Source: Gammaproteobacteria bacterium (GTDB lineage: Bacteria; Pseudomonadota; Gammaproteobacteria; Eutrophobiales; Eutrophobiaceae). Taken from it: a DNA stretch of 64,000 bases. Positions 63,930-64,000 of the stretch are shown here, one piece after another. The notes under the pieces were generated by a model. It worked only from the letters and a program-made list of their open reading frames with translations. It made no database searches and was not told the DNA's origin. The stretch lies in NCBI GenBank assembly GCA_965229565.1, contig OZ245888.1, forward strand, positions 848,639 through 912,638, in the 5' to 3' direction. The stretch's first letter is position 1, and each line of letters begins with the position of its first letter. The position numbers were made by a program, and so were the translations under genes.

Positions 63930-63956
63930 GGCCGCCTTCAGGGCGGCCTTTTTTTT
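63930..63956 (+). terminator. Rho-independent terminator of pilA
   Basis: 7-bp GC-rich stem GGCCGCC / GGCGGCC with loop TTCAG, followed by T8. It lies 43 nt after the pilA stop. Confidence 0.8.
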
Positions 63957-64000
63957 ACCAGGCTCTAACTGGAAGAAATGGATTTCTATAGGGATGTGTA

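Overview
This is a ~64 kb chromosomal segment from a gammaproteobacterium with moderate GC. Its gene order is partly Pseudomonas-like and partly E. coli-like. It is densely coding and mostly housekeeping, and I see no transposases, integrases, CRISPR arrays or tRNAs by eye. From left to right: sspA (3' end), sspB, rapA, a spermidine-synthase-like methyltransferase, a DUF255 thioredoxin-domain protein and a macro-domain deacetylase. Next comes the conserved yraLMNOP-type cluster on the minus strand (dolP, diaA, yraN, lpoA) with divergent rsmI. A low-conservation accessory block follows: a small secreted Cys protein, a HIT hydrolase, an orphan flagellin whose variable domain carries a zinc-metalloprotease HExxH motif (proteolytic-flagellin architecture) with its own sigma-28 promoter, then RNase P RNA (rnpB), a YtoQ-family protein and a Sel1-repeat protein. 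The complete dcw cell-wall/division cluster follows (Pmra promoter with MraZ GTGGG operator repeats, mraZ, rsmH, ftsL, ftsI, murE, murF, mraY, murD, ftsW, murG, murC, murB, ddl, ftsQ, ftsA, ftsZ, lpxC). After that come a DUF721/DciA-like gene, an M23 peptidase, secA, argJ and a mutT-ThiE-like fusion. The minus-strand run yacG-zapD-coaE-pilD-pilC-pilB is followed by clpB (sigma-32 promoter), a Glu/Leu/Phe/Val dehydrogenase, pgeF-rluD, divergent bamD and nadE. The window ends with a GT-C-like membrane glycosyltransferase, sucDC, pilS-pilR, a second GT-C-like membrane protein, and a sigma-54-driven type IVa pilin gene pilA with a rho-independent terminator. The most notable items are the proteolytic flagellin and the two GT-C-fold glycosyltransferases flanking the pilin regulatory locus, which are candidate pilin-glycosylation enzymes. 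All calls rest on reading the translated ORFs and motifs by eye, because no database search could be run.
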